Source of the DNA: Bispira polyomma
Lineage: Eukaryota
Direction: 5' to 3'
DNA length: 64,000 bases
Assembly: GCA_965649765.1 (NCBI GenBank)
Contig: OZ287751.1
Location: forward strand, 67,518,001-67,582,000
Shown here: positions 26,801-37,406 of the stretch, piece after piece
Position numbering within the stretch: position 1 is the first letter of the stretch
How the letters are laid out: each line of letters starts with the position of its first letter
Notes under the pieces: generated by a model
The model's database searches: none
What the model was told of the DNA's origin: nothing
Seen by the model: only the letters and a program-made list of their open reading frames with translations
Program-made: the position numbers and the translations under genes

Positions 26801-28544
26801 GGTAAGAGATTGTACAGGTTAGAGATGGATGACATGGTACAGGTATGAGATGGAAGACATGATACATATAATAGATGGTACAGGTAGTAGATGATACAGG
26901 TAAGAGATGGTACAGGTAAGAGATTGTATAGGTAAGAGGTGGTACAGGTAAGAGATTATACAGGTAAGAGATGTTACAAGTAAGAGATGGTACCGGTAAG
27001 AGATTGTACAGGTAAGAGGTGCATGACATGGTACAGGTAAGAGATGGGATACATTATACAGGTAGGAGATGGAAGAGGTACAGGTAAGATGTGCTACAGG
27101 TACGACATGGTCCAGGTAAAAGATGGTACAAGTAAGAGATAGTACAGATTAGAGATGGATGACATGGTACAGGTAATAGATGGCACAGGTAATAGATGGT
27201 ACAGGTAGTAAATGGTACAGGTAAGAGATGGTCCAGGTAAGAGATGGTACAAGTAAGAGATTGTACAAGTAGGAGATTTTACAGGTAACAGATTGTACAG
27301 GTATGAGATTGTACAGGTAAGAGATAATACAGGTAAGAGATTGTACAGGTAAGAGATGGTACAGGTAGAAGATTGTACAGGTAAGACATGGTACAGGTAA
27401 TAGATGGTACAGATAAGACATGGTACAGGTAAGAGATGGTACAAGTAAGATATTGTACAGGTAAGAGATGATAAAGGTAGAAGATTGTACAGGTAAGAGA
27501 TGGTACAGGTACAGGTAAGATATTGTACAGGTAAGAGATGGATGACATGGTACAGGTAAGGGATGGGATACATGATACAGGTATGAGATGGAAGACATGG
27601 TCCAGGTAAGATATAGTACAGGTACAACATGGTCCAGGTAAGAGATGGTACGGGTTAGAGATAGATAACATGGTAAGAGAAAGATATGGGAGACATGATG
27701 TAGGTAGGAGATGGAAGAGATGGTACAGGTAAGAGATGGTACAGGTAAGAGATGAAATACTGTATAATGCAGTATGATTAGTGGAATATTAAGTTGTGAG
27801 TTGTTGTCAAATATCTGTATTTATTAATCTTGTATATATAAATTTATTCTATGTTTTGGGTTATTCCTTTTTTTTCAATAATTTGGAAATTATCAAATTT
27901 ACTTACATGTACAAATTCTTAAAAAATTATCATTGTACTTAGTATTGGACTAAGTTTAAAACTAAAATAAAATAATAATAGAAATAGTTTCCAATTCGTC
28001 AATGTGGTTCTATATTGCAGTGTCTTGGTGTGTCCGGAATTGTTAGAAAAGTGGGCATTAATGACGTGGCTGTGGTCGAGATATCAAGCACCAAGTGGAC
28101 GTGGAACACCAAAGCCTTGAGACCGGTGGCAAAAGGAGGTGAGTAGTGGTCCTTGTACAGGTTAGAACCTCGAGATCATCCAAACTGCTAGTCTTCCAAT
28201 ATTTATTCATATGATAAACATTATTCCTACTCTTCCAATACAGTCAAACTTGTCTCAAAATGTAGTCGGTCTTTATAAACCGGTAGTCTTTATATACGAG
28301 TAAAACATATAGCAAACAATAGTAAAGGGTATTTTAAAGCAAGGACTTTTGCAGGCCGGTGATTGCTTAATACATGTGGTATTTCCTACTGATTTGGCTG
28401 TGTGTCCCATTTGCTATTCTTTTTGACTAATTATTATATTCCATTCAGTCATCAAAGGGTTTAACAATCTGACGGATTGCTGATTGTAATTTTGTTACAG
28501 AGGAAATGGTGATGATCATGCTGAGGAAACAATTATTGGCATAG
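8438..28544 (+). CDS. Copy A gene model: Ser/Thr kinase + acidic linker + 3x Mind bomb REP (SH3_15) repeats, 681 aa, 13 coding exons
   Basis: join(8438..8881,9118..9355,10670..10888,15850..16098,16531..16694,19904..19999,20506..20579,21350..21436,22161..22248,23807..23883,24287..24434,28021..28138,28501..28544) = 2046 nt, open frame. All introns GT-AG, phases 0,1,1,1,0,0,2,2,0,2,0,1. The same exon set is conserved in copy B. The exon 3-4 join is inferred from phase compatibility. Confidence 0.8.
9118..9355 (+). CDS. Copy A exon 2: kinase subdomains VII-IX
   Basis: catag|EDGKEVVKIADFG...GTVAFMAPE...VDTFAMG; donor GCAG|gtatag. Confidence 0.93.
9412..9620 (+). mobile_element. Degenerate tRNA-derived SINE (paralog at ~38375-38455)
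   Basis: gtggcctaggaggtt A box and gggcttgatccc B-like box. Confidence 0.45.
10225..10479 (-). mobile_element. SINE, same family as 2226-2476
   Basis: Near full-length match (ccagcggcccacagtaaggaactacc...aggccaccgctgcccc). Confidence 0.85.
10670..10888 (+). CDS. Copy A exon 3: kinase subdomains X-XI (extends to stop at 10896 if the donor is not used)
   Basis: ttttttcag|; KKLIRDIVKYEPDERI with the conserved subdomain XI Arg; candidate donor GATG|gtttgt conserved in copy B. Confidence 0.88.
11500..11630 (+). mobile_element. tRNA-derived SINE head (paralog at ~40550-40680)
   Basis: catagcctagtggt A box, ccaggtt B-like box. Confidence 0.45.
11915..12290. repeat. Degenerate ~45-50-bp tandem repeat (tctgtcgacctgtcaaccta)
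   Basis: Direct reading. Confidence 0.75.
12424..14337 (+). mobile_element. HINE/DINE-1 (Helentron)-like non-autonomous element with an internal 142-bp tandem array
   Basis: Subterminal IR aaacgtccct (12424) / agggacgctt (14296), 3' ctagtttt end, (gcc)n microsatellite near the 5' end, seven ~142-bp units at ~13320-14250; absent from copy B intron 3. Confidence 0.6.
15850..16098 (+). CDS. Copy A exon 4: linker with acidic tract
   Basis: ttttgacag|GA TCT GCT ... DDESMEVDLG|gtgagt; conserved in copy B. Confidence 0.85.
16099..16335 (+). repeat. Short repeats derived from the exon 4 3' end and donor (copy A)
   Basis: gtagatctaggtgagtg-like motif recurs at ~16124, ~16219 and ~16265. Confidence 0.8.
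16531..16694 (+). CDS. Copy A exon 5: helical linker
   Basis: attag|(G)YLLMRRMLEDAVR...SETGSK|gtattt; conserved in copy B. Confidence 0.85.
17085..17265 (-). mobile_element. Degenerate SINE
   Basis: ggtggagaaaac...aacaggacttgaa...taaccaccaggccac, related to the other minus-strand SINEs. Confidence 0.55.
19904..19999 (+). CDS. Copy A exon 6: MIB REP repeat 1, N-half
   Basis: ttctag|FEVGDRVKVDKDLARAKDLQTGHGGWAPGMEK|gttcgg. Confidence 0.92.
20506..20579 (+). CDS. Copy A exon 7: REP1 C-half
   Basis: tttcag|YLDEEGQVKEIKGNIVNIRFANGQS|gtgagt. Confidence 0.88.
21000..21178 (-). mobile_element. Degenerate SINE
   Basis: caagtacctgataaactttcc...caggattcaaaccc...ccactgggccaccg. Confidence 0.55.
21350..21436 (+). 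CDS. Copy A exon 8: end of REP1, linker, start of REP2
   Basis: ttacag|LRYNAMLLTKLRPSGKSSPGKLVKGKFKR|gtatga. Confidence 0.87.
22161..22248 (+). CDS. Copy A exon 9: REP2 N-half
   Basis: ttaaag|LDIVKFKATESQVRKAQEGHGEWNDRMTN|gtaggt. Confidence 0.9.
22365..22635. repeat. 17-bp minisatellite GAACACCTCTGAATAGT (paralog 54640-54820)
   Basis: Direct reading. Confidence 0.9.
23625..23740 (+). mobile_element. L2/CR1 ORF2 3' fragment
   Basis: PYFWNNLPFHIRAAKSLSSFRK motif. Confidence 0.55.
23807..23883 (+). CDS. Copy A exon 10: REP2 C-half
   Basis: ttatag|CLNLRGVVHRVFDDGDVYVEFLNGDK|gtaagt. Confidence 0.9.
24287..24434 (+). CDS. Copy A exon 11: end of REP2, REP3 N-half
   Basis: aaacag|WCVNPDGLQLV...AGDLVLVLDDKEKVKALQKGHGEWVEDMAQ|gtaaga. 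Confidence 0.92.
24435..27760 (+). repeat. ~16-bp satellite GTACAGGTAAGAGATG/T in intron 11, split by a LINE
   Basis: Arrays at 24435-24790 and 26445-27760; the unit equals the exon 11 donor context. Confidence 0.95.
24795..26444 (-). mobile_element. 5'-truncated L2/CR1-clade LINE (RT, frameshifted)
   Basis: NYRPVS, STETALL, LLDLSAAFDTIDH, VPQGSVLGP, FYADN, SRLDYCN, WNSLP; (TTAGA)n-like 3' tail; absent in copy B. Confidence 0.93.
28021..28138 (+). CDS. Copy A exon 12: REP3 C-half
   Basis: ttgcag|CLGVSGIVRKVGINDVAVVEISSTKWTWNTKALRPVAKG|gtgagt. Confidence 0.9.
28501..28544 (+). CDS. Copy A exon 13: terminal coding exon EEMVMIMLRKQLLA*
   Basis: ttgttacag|, phase 1, TAG stop at the same position as in copy B. 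Confidence 0.75.
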
Positions 28545-28789
28545 GACACAAATAAGATTACACAGAAGAAACAAGAAAATGGACACTCTGGACTTGATTT
28601 GACTTTATAGTGGCTTTGTAGCCTCCGGTTTTTGCGAAGTCATAGCCACCAATTACTTGATGGATAACAATTCATTAAAGCATGTTTATTTTACATTTGA
28701 AGTTGTAAATTTCTAAATTTGCTTTAAGCAATCGTCTCTCCACCTCTGGTTTCCTACCAAAAAAGAGAAGCTGGTTCAAAATCATTCTT

Positions 28790-29025
28790 AGTTGTAGCAC
28801 CTGCTGAGTGGAATAGCCTCCCTACCAGTCTTCGGACTGAGACGAGCATCATGGGTTTCAGAAAGAGGCTCACAACACATCTGTATCAGCTCGCTTTTCC
28901 ACCCTAGCATGCATCTGATGGTCACGACTGAATCTCGGATCACAAACCTTTTTCCATCTACCGGACTATGCTCTTGCACACTTACTAGGATGCTATAGAA
29001 GTAAAAACATTAACATAACATTAAA
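28790..29025 (+). mobile_element. L2/CR1 3' end fragment
   Basis: APAEWNSLP motif and (AACAT)n tail. Confidence 0.55.
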
Positions 29026-30369
29026 ATGTGTAATCAAAATGACACACTGATTGCATTTAGATGTTTTTTTCCTTTATGTATTCATAGTATGGCTAATGCA
29101 CCCCATGGCCACTGGTCTGCTTTCCTATTTTGTAACCATTTCGTGTACACATTTTCTATATAATGTCCCCTATATATGAATTGAACAGGTTTTTCTTTAG
29201 TTAGATTTGATTCTACGAAGGAATCACAATAGGTTTCAGCGTACCTTAGGTGACATTTTAAAAATTATAAACCACTTAACCACTGGTTTTCAAATCTGAT
29301 TGAGTTACATTTTGTGTAAAGCTATGGCAGAAGAATTCGTTGTTGTAAACTAAATGTAAACTAATGTCAATTAATATAATATATAATTTGGTAAATAAAC
29401 TCTGTGAGATATGTATAAATATATTGTATTCAGCATCAAAGTTCCTCAATTTGGTATTTATTTTATGTGATAGGTATTATTGGAGTATAGTATTGAGATA
29501 TGAATTTTACTTAATTACAGTTAAACCCTTTTACGTAGAACTCTGTTAACATAATTTTCAACTTTATGTGGCAGGAAATATGTAGTCTCACAAATGCCTT
29601 CTCTTTTAAAATTTGCACTAATAATTTGAAATCCTGCCTTGGTAGCGGTATCTCTAACAGTGGCTTAAGGTTCAATTTAAAGGGGTTCAACTGTAATTGT
29701 ATCCCAATGAGGATACAGTTGATCAGATAAAACAGGGTGTATGTATGTGTTTTTTGTATTTTGTAAATATTTAGACACTTGATATTTTCTGTAACAATAT
29801 TGGGGTGTCAGTTTTAGAAAATAAATAATGTTAGCTTAACATTAAACTAGAGCTGTCTTGGTAAAGGAATGGTGACATAATAGTTTTTATGCCTCAAAGC
29901 TTATACCTCTGTTATCCATAAACCTTTCAAGATATCAAAATTGTTTGGATAATGGAGAACTTGTAGCATATACAATAGCTTGTGTGAAATCTTTCATATC
30001 AAATTCCCTTTTTTGTGAAAAACAGTATATAGTCTCACAAAGACCTTTTTGAAATCTATCCTGTTAGGAGTAAATTATTCTTAAATAGGGGTATTTCTTC
30101 GGTTCCCTGGATATTCGATTTAAAGAAGTATGTAACAGTAGATCAGCTATTAATGTTTTATGTCTATTAAAAATATTGTGTATGGGTATTAAATTTTTCC
30201 ACACATAGACAATTCACTATTTTATACCCTAGATGTGACAATGTCAAGAAATTAAGTGTTACTATTGACTTCTACTTTTTTTAACTTTTACGCCCATATT
30301 AGAAATGTGCGTTGCCCCTATTACTATAACATTTTTGATTTAAAGAGTCAGGAATTGTTTTTCACTGTC

Positions 30370-30632
30370 ATTTTGGCCAATGTCTTTGCCAGTAACACCC
30401 TAGACTACTGCAATTTCTTTTTTTGTTTGTTGCTAATGCCCTTGTCCGTAGTCACCTGGACTACTGCAATTTTCATCTGTTTGTGGCCAATACCCTTGTC
30501 AGCAATGGCCTGGACTACAGCTATTCTCATTTGATTGTGGATAATGCCCTTGTCAATATCTGTCTGGACTACTGAAATTCTCTTGTGTTTGCGTCTAATG
30601 CCCTTGTCAGAAGCTAGCTGGACTACTGTAAT
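30370..30632 (+). repeat. ~54-bp minisatellite derived from the LINE motif VANALVSSRLDYCN (paralog 62160-62340)
   Basis: Five units of gctaatgcccttgtc...ctggactactgcaatt. Confidence 0.8.
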
Positions 30633-30644
30633 TAATATAAATAT

Positions 30645-31612
30645 TGAATCTGTATTTCAAACTCTCGGTACATGAACAGGAGATACATGATGAGTTACAT
30701 GATATACATTATAATTACAAGAAATATAATACACACGGCAGGTTGATAATTATTGACATGTACAAACAAAATTTAGCATAAAATGTATTTCATATTTCTA
30801 AAAAAGAGAACATTCTCAATCTCTGATTGACAAAAGATCCATTATATTTCCAACATTTTGATAGTCAGATGGTGAATATCGCTTTGGCATGTTAGTATCA
30901 ATACTTCTATACATTAAGAGCATTACTTTTACAAATTGAGAATTTACTACATTTTAAGACTTCTGAAATTACGTTTAAGTTACCACAGCTCGCAAAGCTA
31001 CTACCATAATTGTTAATTTACCAAAAAAACTTTAAGTATATTTTCACTGTTGATAACATTGTGAATTAATTTGACAAAACATTTTATAAATTTGATATTC
31101 AACTGGTATATCACTCACAATTATTGGTAAGTTTTTATTTTGGGTTCTTGGCAAAATAGATAACAATTTACGTATACATTTACGCCATTGTGTGCAGAAT
31201 TAGTTCTATAGTACACATCCATATATATACATGCAAAAGGTTTTTAATAACTTATACTTAAAATCAACATATGCATCATTAAAAATCATTTCTGCATAAA
31301 TAACTAGACTCTGATCTAATCAAGTGACCCAATTGAGTAGCATATTAAGCTACTTTAATAGCTACATCATTATGATAATTTTTTTCAATTTTGCCATCTT
31401 TTTCGCTATTAAAATGTAATAGTTGGAATTTACTGGTATTAAATAGAAAATTATAGTCACTTCCAAAATGAATGTTGATATATAGAGGGCATAACTTTTA
31501 AGGCCTGAATACTGGGAGCCAGGATAACAATATCATCTGAATAACATAGTAAACCATAATAAAGATTTCCAATGCAACATCCAACTCCCGATAGTTTTAA
31601 CTTTATTAATAA

Positions 31613-31663
<51 letters not shown>

Positions 31664-33600
31664 GTGAACATGTGACAAAATTCCTCCTTGCTTTACACCA
31701 TTAGACACAGGAAACTCTTTGTAGTATTCTTATTATAAGGAGAAGACAAAAGCTTTTTTTTTTCATAGTATACCAAAGAGCTTTACATATTCAACCCTAT
31801 CAAAAGCTTTACTACAATCAAGTAGCATTACAAATACACTGGTTTTACAATTTTTATAATACTGCATAACTTCATTTAGGATATACATACATTGAGCAGG
31901 AGAATACTTGGCTTTGAAACAAAATTAAAGTTCAATAGCATTTAAAACATGTCTTTTTGTGTTTAATATTCTTAAATCCAGTAGTTTGCTAAACACACTG
32001 CTGATAGCTATTGCTCCGTAGTTATCAGTATCTTGGAGAGATTTCCGCTTATTTTTAACAATTTGTATTATATTTGCCTTGTACGATTCTAGAGGAGCTA
32101 AACCATTGATAACATTGAAAATCAGACTTGTCTAGGACAACCATTTATAATATTATCTGTGAAAAGATCTAAATTACCATCACTTTTACTAGCTTTTAAC
32201 TGATTCACCGATTCAGTACCATTGTCTATAGTAATTGAGCGTGTAGAGTAACACTTGTTCTTTCGACAGTTTAGGTTAATATCTAACTGTATGCTGTCCG
32301 TTTACCTCAATAACTCTTCTTTATTGTATAAAACACTATTGTGCAATTATTTGTACTTATTTGCAAATACATTACTGATATTTTCACTCTAAACAATATT
32401 ATCAAATGAAGAAGGTAAACCGATACTTGAAGATGTAACCTTTATTACATCCTTCCAAAATTCACCAGTTCTACTTTGTAGCAAATTGTAAGCCATGTGA
32501 TTTGCAACTATTTGGTTCTGTTCTTTTCCTTATGATGAATAGCTGATACTGCTTTACTACAGAATCTCATATTTGCAACATACTCACACCGAGGGGACCC
32601 ACTATTTTTCCACAGGTTGTGCCAATCAAGTGCCTCACTTCTGTGAAATTTCACATGTTTATTCCATCTAGGCACAGCTGCATTTGTAACTATATATTTA
32701 CTTTTTTTTTATGCTTGACACCAGCACTTAAATATGCATCAGTTACAGTACAATACAGTTTATTTAAGGAATCTATATGACCAACATTTGAACATAGAAA
32801 GTCTTTATATTGTAAAAAAGAACTGGGAAAATTTATATTAGAGAGATACTTATCAAGAACAATTTTAAATGTCTCAATGTCTTCCTTTTTGCCATTGCCC
32901 ATTTAATCTTACAATTACTGTGCATGTCAGGTTGTAATACACCATATGGAAATAAGGTATTAAGTTTAAGTACCTTAGAATTATGATTTGACAAGTAATC
33001 TACCTTACAATATGTGTTGTACATAGTAATACTTTCATATAGATTTTCACTAGCAAAGAAATGGTCAATCAGAGATTTAAAACCATTTATTTTGCTAATA
33101 AATGTGTAATCTACTTCAGACAGTGTTTGAGAAGGTGCTCATTTTTTTTGATGTGCTAACTGCTTAGTACTCATTTAAAACAAAATATGAATATATCCCC
33201 TTATAATTATATAATCAGCATACTCACATATTATTGCTGTAGCTACAGAGTTAAGCATGCCACACTATTCAGTCAAAACAGCTCTGTGTTACCTTTTTTT
33301 ATTATTGGCATATAAACATTGCAAATATTAAACTGTTTATCCTCATTCACTAGCCTAATGATAGCCACTCTATCACAGTCACATGGTACAGGCTGTATGT
33401 TAACCAAAATAGACTGCTTTCATAAAATTGCCCATCCTCCATGTGGTCGTCTTTATAGAACTTTATCAGAAGGGATGGCAGATACACAATGTGAATTAAC
33501 ATTTGCAATATGTTTATTGTAGATTCCAAACTGACACTCCATTAACCAGGATAAGAACAATGTCATGATTATTTGCAAGCCATGTAATGTAATCCAGCCT
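30645..33600 (-). mobile_element. Degenerate non-LTR retrotransposon (APE + RT), clade distinct from the L2 copies
   Basis: GVKQGGILS, CYSDDIVILAPS, AFDRV and IDHF (endonuclease) motifs with stops and frameshifts. Confidence 0.8.
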
Positions 33601-33625
33601 TTCTGGTCCACTACCTCGCGAGTTA

Positions 33626-33838
33626 CACGGGCGGTCACAATACCGGTCGGGTCACAATACCGTCTGTTGAAGTTTTAAATACTTTACCAATGGAAATTAA
33701 TACTGAAAACACATACTACTCTATGTCTATAAATTAAACTACAGAATACATTGTTTTGTTTGAAATAAATCTTCGTTTTAAGTATTTAAATGTGCGTCGA
33801 ACGGTATTGTGACCCGACCGGTATTGTGACCGCTCGTG
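33626..33838. mobile_element. MITE with 38-bp TIRs
   Basis: CACGGGCGGTCACAATACCGGTCGGGTCACAATACCGT ... ACGGTATTGTGACCCGACCGGTATTGTGACCGCTCGTG. Confidence 0.8.
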
Positions 33839-35549
33839 TGTAAGAGGCCAATGGAAATTCAGACGAGTCCAGTAAAGGTGGTAGTAGTAAATGTATAGGA
33901 ATGTATGTATGTATATGTATAGTATATAAGTTATTTTGAGTTAAACACTCTGCACACATTGTAGAACACAGAAGCCCATATACACCATGAATGACAGGTA
34001 TACTGATAGTGGCAAAAGTCCAGGGACAAAGTCCCAAAGCGAAGTTTTTCTTCTCAAAACAGGCTAATAAATAAAAATGCATACCATATTCAAAGCTCGG
34101 TGGGTTTCGAAAGAGCCTGGTCTGTCATAGTTTTTTGATATTTTTGTACTTTTTTGTACTTTGGACTGCAAACCACTTGTTGTTAATCTGATTTCCAGAC
34201 GTCCTAACATATTGTCCTCAAAAAAATGCACATTACAAGAAAACACCTATTTCAGGGGTATAGTGCAGTATGAAAAGTCATTTAAAAGTAAGATCTATAT
34301 ATATATATGGAAATAATAGTAGGTTAAAAAGACAGGCGCACAGTATGCAAAATTTTAATCTAACACCCTTCAGATTGGCCAGTTTTGGAGGTACACATTA
34401 GTTATACTAGTGTAGTTTTTTTAAATGTCATATATTTATATTACATATCTCACTTCTTTTGAGTGACACGAATAAGTATTCACTGTTGTTTTTTGTTAGA
34501 AAATGGAGGGCACTTGTCAATGGCTAAGTTCAGAGGTGTAATTTAATGGGTGATAAATTTTGAGACTGGAAAAAAGTACTGAAAGAGATGTATTGGCATT
34601 TTCTAAATAATCAGGGTCACACAAGTTAAATACTAATAATCTTATGTAACATTAAAAATAAGAAAGATCAGTCACTTTTCAGGATTAAAGAGAATTCAAA
34701 ATCGAGAAATATTCACAACTCAAATATTTTAGTTATTCAGCTGGTGAATAATGAAAATTAATTCTTGTACAGTATGTTGAATTGTACAAAAACATATGTC
34801 ATGCCAATATTTGATTTGATTGGAAATATATAAAGAGCAATGACTGGATTCATGGATCCCTGAGCAAGCCATAAGTAAGATAGAGTATAATTACTATATC
34901 AGTACATAAGGAATACATAAGATCTGCTATTATACTATATATGTACACACACATACACCAACGCAGGTAGGTAAATATATATATAAATAAAAGTTTTCTC
35001 CTTTCTGTGTATTATTCTGGTATTGATCCAATCAGATTGGGCCCCTAATCTAAATCAAATGTAATTCCAGATAATATATAAGGAGGGATTATTTTCAGAC
35101 CAGTATTTTGGATTGAATCAAAACACCATTAATGTTTCGAGCAGATTTTAAATTGGATTGCATAGGGAAGTGCTGGTTTAATATATAATACATACGGTAA
35201 GAGTTAAATCCAATTTTTTGATATTTAAATAGCTTTATTGCTACATTGGTTTTTGCTGTTAAGCTTGTTAATATGTGAAAGTCTATTCCTTGAGTGAAGT
35301 TTATTGTTTGTAACAAAAGGTTTGTGACATATGCATATTGGAGGCAATATATTTTGTTGCAGGTTATTATATATATATATATATAATTGTCATAATATTA
35401 TTATATTAGTATATATTAAATTGTAAACATTATATTACCCATGTTTAAATCTTTTTCTAGTTTAATCAGTCTGATTGTATAAATTAATTTACGTACACTG
35501 AGTGCACTACAAAATAATTACAATTATTTTCAAATATGTGAATTTAGTT

Positions 35550-36535
35550 TTGTACACTGTACTTACCACCAATATACTAAACATTACAGTAGTGATCACC
35601 ACTACACTGGCCACCACTATACTGATCACCACTGTACTGACCACCCCTGTACTGATCACCAATATACTAAATATCACAGTAGTAATCACCATCTACACTG
35701 ACCACCACTATACTGATCACCACTACACTGCTAACCACTGTAGTGACCACCTTGGTACTGACCACCACTACACTGACTACTACTATACTGATCACCACTA
35801 CACTGCTGACCACTGTACTGACAACCTCGGTACTGATTACCACTACACTGACCACCACGGTACTGACCATGACTACACTGACCACAACTGTACTGACCAC
35901 CTCAGTATTGACTACCACTATACTGACCACCACTGCACTAACTACTAATATATTGACCACTAATATATTGACCACCACTATACTGACCACAAATATACTG
36001 ACCACCACTATACTGACCACCACTGTACTGACCACCAATATACAGACCACCAATATATTAACCACTAATATACGACCACCATTGTACTGACCACTAATAT
36101 ACCGACCACCATTGTACTGACCACCAATATACTGACCACCAATATGCAGACCACCAATTTACTGATCACCACTGCACTGACCACCACTGTACTGACCACC
36201 AATATAGAGACCACCATTGTACTGACCACCAATATACTGACCATCAATATAGAGACCACCAATGTACTGACCACCACTATACTGGCCACCACTGTACTGA
36301 CCACCACTGATTGACCACCACTGTACTGACCACCAATATAGAGACCACCAAAATACTGACCACTAATATACCGACCACCACTGTACTGACCACCACTGTA
36401 CTGACCACCAATATACTGACCACCAATATACTGACTTTCACTATACTGCCCACCACTATACTGCCTACTACTGTACTGACCACCAATATACTAACCACCA
36501 CTGTTCTGACCACCACTTTACTGACCACCACTGTA
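35550..36535. repeat. 15-bp minisatellite, paralog of 3640-6535
   Basis: ACCACCACTATACTG units. Confidence 0.97.
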
Positions 36536-37406
36536 ATCCAATTTAAAGCCCAGTGTGACCACAGCATTAGGTGCTTGTTTCCCAATATTGTGTTTTCACA
36601 TATTGCCAAAGGATATTATCCAAATAGGCTAGTGTGGCTTTATAAAGTTGGAGTAAAACTATGGACCCTCCTATCACTAAGTCAACTCACTGATCACTGA
36701 AACCACAGGAGAACACTTTGAGGATTGCTTGGTCTTCATATTAATCTTCAATAGCCGTATTTTCCAACTTCTCATACTCAACTCCGACTCAAGCTTAACT
36801 CTAAAGTCTGCCTATCTTTCCCTCAAATAAAGATGCTCAAATTCTTACTGTATATTTAGATTTAGCACTGAAAACTCTATAAGAAAAGGTATGGTGCAAA
36901 GTACATGGTATTTCCTTGTACAAGAGTTACACATAGCCTTCACTTAAGTTGAGACTCAGTTTGTGCAGTGGTGAACTCTTTTCTATGGTGAAAATACAGG
37001 CCCTGTTATTATATGCAGTGAAACTGTATCATCCAAACATGTTGGGAGAAGAAGACTTTGTTCCGATAATAGAAGGTTCATGAAGATGATGTAATTTTCG
37101 GTGTAAACAATAAAATTGATTGATTGATTGGAGTTTAACGTCACTTTTAACACATTGTATAGGTAATTTCATGACAATTTTGCTGGTGGAGGCAAAGCCG
37201 TGCATACTAGTTGCTCAAATAACTGCCAACTTTCGCACACGAAGGAGCGGCCGAGACTGGTATCCACAACCTCAGAGGTGGGAGGCAAGTGCATATGAAT
37301 AATAAGAAAACATAAAACTTTAGGAGAGTGGGAAATGTGTTCATAAAATCAATTATTAAGAAAAAAAAAGTTTAAATAATAGGGGTTCCTACTGTATTTA
37401 CAGACC

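Noticed and set aside
26371-27671. LLPVPSLTCTISYLY repeat ORFs, also at 57525-58215
   Set aside because: Minus-strand readings of the 16-bp intron 11 satellite, with frames changing constantly.
19904-28544. Calling the gene mib1/mib2
   Set aside because: Only REP repeats are present. There is no Mib-Herc2, ZZ, ankyrin or RING, and a conserved stop follows REP3.
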